From Verrucomicrobiota bacterium (GTDB taxonomy: Bacteria > Verrucomicrobiota > Verrucomicrobiia > Opitutales > Coraliomargaritaceae), in contig JBCBZJ010000004.1 in assembly GCA_039815375.1 (NCBI GenBank), positions 96,001 to 160,000 of the forward strand: a stretch of DNA of 64,000 nucleotides, given 5' to 3'. The notes beneath the pieces are model-generated. The model was given only the letters and a program-made list of their open reading frames with translations. It made no database searches and was not told the DNA's origin. Below are positions 59,597 through 64,000 of this stretch, in pieces; position 1 is the stretch's first letter; each line of letters begins with the position of its first letter. Made by a program: the position numbers and the translations under genes.

Positions 59597-60682
59597 TCAA
59601 CTGTAGTATTGCCACCACTTCGTGTAAGACGAGACTGAATCCGCTAAGTTTTCAACCGTTTGTCCAAAAATTCCAGAAACCGCTTCATAATCCGGTTCAG
59701 CCTCAAGCAAAAGGACAAGCGCACGCTGCAGTGCACCCCTAGGGTAATCCGTATTCGGATGCAGGCAGCCGCCCCGTTTGAGCCGATCACGGAGACTTAG
59801 AAGTAGATTTCGAAGCGCCGGGGAGTCGGTGAAAAGTTTACCAGAATAGGTCGCATACGCCTGGGGCCTATTGAAGTTTGCTTTGAGGCGAGCTGACTCA
59901 ACCTCCAGGAAACAGCGCCGCCAGAGATTGGTCAATTCCGCCTGAGTCGCCCGGAGCTCTTCGATCGGTGGTGTGGCAGTCGGCCGAAGCTTGAAGGAAA
60001 CGCCAATTTCATGTAGCTCGGCAATACGCGGGTCGATATCAGTCTGCTCACGAAGCGCTAACTGACGCTCGCGGACATAGGCACGATACTTCCCACGAAT
60101 GGTCAGCAGAGCATCGCCGAGAGCGAGCTTCGCTTTGGCCTGATTGCGATGCACCACACTGAGGTCAACGTTAGCCTCAAGATCGGCCCGCGCAAAAAGC
60201 AGTCCGGAGCCTCGATTCCAGAGTAGACGTGTTGCTTCGATCAGCTCGATCGTATCCGGCTTTGCCATGACTTTGTAGTCATCGAAAAAATTCTTGGGGC
60301 CGGAGACAATCGTCTGCGCTGCAACCAGATCATAGAACATCATCGAACCAGGCGTTTGGCTGAGGTCCGACCGGGGAAGGCATTTGCCCTCCACATCGAT
60401 TCCCATGATCTTGCTCTCCTCACGCTCCCACTCGCGTAGGGCATAAATGATTTCAGGGTCTTCGGGTAAATCCGTGAAGATGAAGTAATCCAGATCATTG
60501 AAGAAGCAGGGTGATCCATCGGGAGCTGTCGCGATACCGCCCTCACCTCGTCCATAGCCGCCACCAAGCACAATAGCCTGTGGCGCTTTTGAGCCGAGAT
60601 TATCAAAGTGAGCGATGGTGCGCTCGAAGTGAGCCCTCAATTGCGCATCTAAATCTGATGGCAATGGCACCGGCTCAAACAT
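59597..60682 (-). CDS. Putative pol-beta-superfamily nucleotidyltransferase with helical C-terminal domain
   Basis: IVLGGGYGRGEG...FNDLDYF matches the hG[GS]..DhDh NTase signature; a third acidic residue is possible in IDVE. Confidence 0.65.
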   Translation of the reverse strand: MFEPVPLPSDLDAQLRAHFERTIAHFDNLGSKAPQAIVLGGGYGRGEGGIATAPDGSPCFFNDLDYFIFTDLPEDPEIIYALREWEREESKIMGIDVEGKCLPRSDLSQTPGSMMFYDLVAAQTIVSGPKNFFDDYKVMAKPDTIELIEATRLLWNRGSGLLFARADLEANVDLSVVHRNQAKAKLALGDALLTIRGKYRAYVRERQLALREQTDIDPRIAELHEIGVSFKLRPTATPPIEELRATQAELTNLWRRCFLEVESARLKANFNRPQAYATYSGKLFTDSPALRNLLLSLRDRLKRGGCLHPNTDYPRGALQRALVLLLEAEPDYEAVSGIFGQTVENLADSVSSYTKWWQYYS

Positions 60683-60697
60683 GGGACTGTTTTTTGT

Positions 60698-60997
60698 TTA
60701 GTCCGCTTCGATTTCAAATACACGGTGCAATCTGAGAAGCTCAAGAACACTCAAAACCGTGGCCGTGGGCTTTCGCAGAATCACCTGCCGATTCATTTGC
60801 TTATAAAAGCTGAGCAATGCACCGATACCGGAACTGTCGATAAAATTGACCGACTCCATGTTCAGCACAACCATGTCCATTCCTTGCAAGTCCAGATCCT
60901 TTAGTTCTGCCTTTGCCTCAGTCGCGTTTGAGGCATCAAGTGAATCAACGCCGATCACAACCTCGAGCATTCCTTCTTCTAGCTTTGAAGATAACAT
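60698..60997 (-). CDS. STAS-domain anti-sigma-factor antagonist (SpoIIAA/RsbV/SypA-like)
   Basis: LDASNA and VNFIDSSGIGALL with the phosphorylatable Ser; 99 aa; first gene of the minus-strand arm. Confidence 0.92.
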   Translation of the reverse strand: MLSSKLEEGMLEVVIGVDSLDASNATEAKAELKDLDLQGMDMVVLNMESVNFIDSSGIGALLSFYKQMNRQVILRKPTATVLSVLELLRLHRVFEIEAD

Positions 60998-61092
60998 AAT
61001 CGTGGCTAATTATGTATGCGTATAAGCACTACACTGCAACCTCAAATTCTAACGGGAATATCACAAAGCAGGACGAAGAGCCTCTGTAATCT

Positions 61093-61108
61093 CGAAATTC
61101 TCATGCCA
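61093..61108 (-). promoter_or_regulatory. Possible sigma54 promoter for the minus-strand EPS arm
   Basis: Minus strand TGGCATGAGAATTTCG: good -24 element, imperfect -12 (TTTC vs TTGC). Confidence 0.25.
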
Positions 61109-61174
61109 TGAATCGAGCAAATCGATACTAATTTCACCGGTTGACAAGGAGCCGTCAGCCACTTCTAACTACAA

Positions 61175-61275
61175 GCCTTCCTTAGGGGCGACCTTTATGG
61201 TCTGAGATGATTTCAAGCTTTGCGCGAAACGGTCCCTCTGAACCTGATCCGGTTGATACCGGCGTAGGGAAAGGA
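61175..61275 (+). ncRNA. TPP (THI-box) riboswitch
   Basis: AGGGGCG...CTGAGA...CCCTCTGAACCTGATCCGGTTGATACCGGCGTAGGGAA conserved core; ccttcc / gggaaagg P1. Confidence 0.93.
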
Positions 61276-61314
61276 ACGAAGGGCCATTGGTCCTTCCCTT
61301 TCGTCGCCAAAACC

Positions 61315-61341
61315 GGATCTCAACAACAGTCATTGAGATCC
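61315..61341 (+). promoter_or_regulatory. RBS-sequestering hairpin (expression platform of the TPP riboswitch)
   Basis: Perfect 9-bp stem ggatctcaa/ttgagatcc ending 4 nt before the ATG at 61346; no U-tract. Confidence 0.55.
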
Positions 61342-61345
61342 AAAT

Positions 61346-63484
61346 ATGAAACACATCAATAGCACACTCGTGCTCTCCGCTGCGCTGGTCGCCAGTCTAT
61401 CCGCGCAAAACAACAACGAGCTTCCGGTTTATGAGCTTTCACCCGTCATCGTCACAGGCGACATATGGGAATCTGAACTGCAAAAGACCACTGCGAGCGT
61501 CAGCGTGCTCGGCGAGGAAACCCTCAAGAGCAACGGCACACAGCACTTTGAAGACGTCATCAATTCGATCCCAAATGTCACATGGACGGGCGGCACCTCA
61601 CGCCCCCGCTACATCCAGATCCGTGGCATTGGGGAAAACTCCCAGTTCGAGGGTGAAACTCCCGACAGCACAGTGCGCTTTTTAATTGATGAGTTCGATC
61701 TCACTGGTGTCGGCACAGTCGGAAACCTCTTCGATGTGCAACAGGTCGAAGTGCTTCGTGGTCCCCAGGCCGGTGCCTTCGGTGCCAATGCAGCCGGTGG
61801 CGTGGTCCAGATCGTAAGCAACGGACCAACCGCCTACTGGACCGGCCAAGCGGAAGCAACCCTAGGCAACGACGACCTTTTTGCATTTGGTCTGGCCTTC
61901 GGCGGCCCACTTATTGAAAGCGATCCGGAACAGCTTACCTTTCGCTTCTCGATCAATAGCCTTAACCAGGACGGCTTTCGCGAGAACCAGTTCTTCGGTA
62001 TCGACGATAGCAACGAACGGGACGAACTGACCAGCCGCCTCAAAGTCCGCTGGAAACCAAACGAGCTCTGGCAAATCGAAGGGGGCCTGCTCTATGCTGA
62101 CGCAGACAACGGCTACGATGAATTCACCCTCTCGAATGAGCAGACTAAGACCTTCTCGGATTTTCCCGGCCGCGACGAACAGGAGACCGCCGGCCTAAGC
62201 CTCAAAGCCAGCTACCTCGGACTCGATGACGTAGAAATTACCCATACGTCGACCTACATCGAGACGGACAGTTTCTACAGCTTTGACGGTGACTGGAGTA
62301 ACCCGACGCTCACGCTAAACGTTGATTACTTCTACGACGGGTTTCTCGAACTCGAGCGCGATCGCGAGGTCTTCACTCAAGAACTACGCTTCGACTCATC
62401 GGCGACGGAAGACGCGCTCGGCTTCATTGATCGATGGACACTGGGTGCTTATTACCAGTCCTTCGAAGAATCCACGGCGACGACAGGATTCGGCGACTTT
62501 GCTACCGAATATGAAAGCGAAACACTGAGTTTCTACGGTCAGGGCACTCACCTGATTAGCGAAACGACCCGGATCATTTTAGGGCTTCGCGCCGAATACT
62601 ATGATCTTGAAACGGAAATGGACTTTCGCCCTGATGTTGACTTTGACGATTGGCTCTTCGGCGCGAAGCTCACGCTCGAGCACGATCTAAGCAAGGATCA
62701 AACCGTATTCGCGTCGATCACACGCGGCTACAAAGCAGGCGGGGCCAATGTATATCCATTTCTGGAAGTGCCTCCATTTCCCGAAGAATACGACACAGAG
62801 AACCTCTGGAACTACGAGCTGGGCCTTCGCTCCGCCTGGCTCGATGGAAAACTCAGATCCAGCATCACTCTTTTCGTCCTGGATCGTGACCAGGCTCAAC
62901 TTCGCGACTCCGAGGGAGAAGGTATTGGATTCACTTATTTCACGACCAACGGCGAAGGCGCAATCCACTACGGTCTGGAAGCCGAGGCAACTTACTATAT
63001 CGATGAGAACTGGTCGATCACAACAACCCTGGGTTTGCTTGAAACGGAACGCGACAGCTACTTGATCGACGTCTTCGATGAAGACTTGGACCCAGGCCTC
63101 GACCCTGACAACGACAATGACATCGTTCAGGAATTCATCGACGAGCGCGACTTGGCCAACGCACCCAGCTACACGTACAGTGCCCGGATCGACTACCTCC
63201 CAGCCGATGGCTTCTTCGCAAGCGCAGAGATCGTCGCCAGCGACGATTACTTCGAATCCAATAGCCACAATGAGAAACGCGACGCCTACACCGTCGTGAA
63301 TGCTTCGATCGGTTATCGCTATGAAAATTGGACTGTCACACTCTGGAGCAAGAACCTCTTCGATGAGGAATATGCCGAACGGGTATTCTTCTTCAATAAT
63401 ACCGACTTTGTAAGCCCGCCGAGTCGCTTCGAAGCACCGGCTGCTCCGCAAACATTTGGCATAACTGCCAACTATAGCTGGTAG
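61346..63484 (+). CDS. TonB-dependent receptor, probable thiamine/precursor uptake
   Basis: Signal peptide, TonB-box-like PVIVTG, plug motifs IRGIG and VEVLRGPQ, NLFDEEY, terminal aromatic (YSW); preceded by a TPP riboswitch. Confidence 0.93.
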   Translation: MKHINSTLVLSAALVASLSAQNNNELPVYELSPVIVTGDIWESELQKTTASVSVLGEETLKSNGTQHFEDVINSIPNVTWTGGTSRPRYIQIRGIGENSQFEGETPDSTVRFLIDEFDLTGVGTVGNLFDVQQVEVLRGPQAGAFGANAAGGVVQIVSNGPTAYWTGQAEATLGNDDLFAFGLAFGGPLIESDPEQLTFRFSINSLNQDGFRENQFFGIDDSNERDELTSRLKVRWKPNELWQIEGGLLYADADNGYDEFTLSNEQTKTFSDFPGRDEQETAGLSLKASYLGLDDVEITHTSTYIETDSFYSFDGDWSNPTLTLNVDYFYDGFLELERDREVFTQELRFDSSATEDALGFIDRWTLGAYYQSFEESTATTGFGDFATEYESETLSFYGQGTHLISETTRIILGLRAEYYDLETEMDFRPDVDFDDWLFGAKLTLEHDLSKDQTVFASITRGYKAGGANVYPFLEVPPFPEEYDTENLWNYELGLRSAWLDGKLRSSITLFVLDRDQAQLRDSEGEGIGFTYFTTNGEGAIHYGLEAEATYYIDENWSITTTLGLLETERDSYLIDVFDEDLDPGLDPDNDNDIVQEFIDERDLANAPSYTYSARIDYLPADGFFASAEIVASDDYFESNSHNEKRDAYTVVNASIGYRYENWTVTLWSKNLFDEEYAERVFFFNNTDFVSPPSRFEAPAAPQTFGITANYSW

Positions 63485-63487
63485 CTC

Positions 63488-63521
63488 AAAAAAAGAGCGG
63501 AGGCACCCCTGCCTCCGCTCT
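63488..63521 (-). terminator. Rho-independent terminator between the convergent TBDR and hsp20 genes
   Basis: agagcggaggca-cccc-tgcctccgctct stem preceded by A7 (a U-tract on the minus strand). Confidence 0.85.
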
Positions 63522-63554
63522 ACCTACTTACTTAACTAACCTAACAAATCGTTC

Positions 63555-63938
63555 TTAACTGACCTTGATTTTACGCAACTTGGCTGCATCCGCCTTGGGC
63601 AAAGTCAGCTCGAGAACACCGTTCTCGACGCGGGCTTTTATCTTTGCCTCGTTCACCTCAACGTTAAGACGCAGGCTGAGACGGTAATCACCCGCAGGCA
63701 GTTCCCGACGCAGGGCTTGCCAACCATTGTCGGCTACCCCGGTTCGGGTGCCGGTAATCTGGAGCGTATCATCTTCGACCGAAATATCGACTCCATCGCG
63801 GCTCACACCTGGCAGGCTGACCTCCAGGTTAAAGGCATCGGCATTTTCACTGACGTCGTAGGCGGGGCGCCGCCAAGTGCGGGGGGCGGCTTGGGCCACC
63901 GTGTTGCTGTTACAATTATCGGAAGCTGTGCTATTCAT
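63555..63938 (-). CDS. Hsp20/alpha-crystallin small heat-shock protein
   Basis: PAYDVSE, LPGV, LQITG and ENGVLELTLPK motifs. Confidence 0.95.
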   Translation of the reverse strand: MNSTASDNCNSNTVAQAAPRTWRRPAYDVSENADAFNLEVSLPGVSRDGVDISVEDDTLQITGTRTGVADNGWQALRRELPAGDYRLSLRLNVEVNEAKIKARVENGVLELTLPKADAAKLRKIKVS

Positions 63939-64000
63939 CTGTAATTTCCTTTCTTTTCTGGTTTTGTTTAAATCGTATTAGTCGACCGTGATTTGACGTG

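Noticed and set aside
61098..61112. TTCTCA-containing sequence resembling a Vibrio SypG enhancer half-site
   Set aside because: Only one half-site matches and the organisms are distant; probably chance.
62687..63451. 254-aa minus-strand ORF
   Set aside because: Antisense to the TonB-dependent receptor; no recognisable features.

Overview
Bacterial chromosomal window, probably Verrucomicrobiota (Opitutales-like). That assignment is inferred from gene content and style only, not from a search. The left half (1-31 kb) is mostly housekeeping and metabolic: metX-metW; an AraC-linked hexuronate operon (SDR, uxaC, 2-hydroxyacid dehydrogenase, Ldh_2-family oxidoreductase); eno, sufE, tatD; an mlaEFDCA operon; tRNA-Gln(TTG); a ligase-associated DNA-repair pair; long-form ispG; a three-gene operon of large unrecognisable exported/membrane proteins; and a MarR gene divergent from aas with two clear operator palindromes. 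The right half (31.5-61 kb) is a ~29.5 kb, two-armed convergent Wzx/Wzy exopolysaccharide locus that carries its own signalling circuit. The circuit comprises an H-NOX (predicted NO) sensor, its PAS hybrid kinase, a REC-DHp protein with a degenerate ATP-binding domain, a bifunctional RsbW-kinase/PP2C-phosphatase, a stand-alone REC, a free STAS protein, a sigma54 activator lacking a sensor domain, and a WecB/TagA glycosyltransferase fused to two STAS domains. The locus also carries unusual accessory enzymes: a pseudo-priming transferase chimera, a pol-beta-type NTase, an AlkP-family enzyme, a CBS-pyrophosphatase and uridine kinase. This self-contained 'NO-sensor -> phosphorelay -> Ser partner-switch -> EPS enzyme' module is the best candidate for an undescribed system. 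It resembles a compacted, rewired version of Vibrio fischeri HnoX/HahK plus Syp. The window ends with a TPP riboswitch-controlled TonB-dependent receptor and an Hsp20 gene. No CRISPR array, transposase or integrase was seen. All calls come from motif recognition by eye; no database searches were run.
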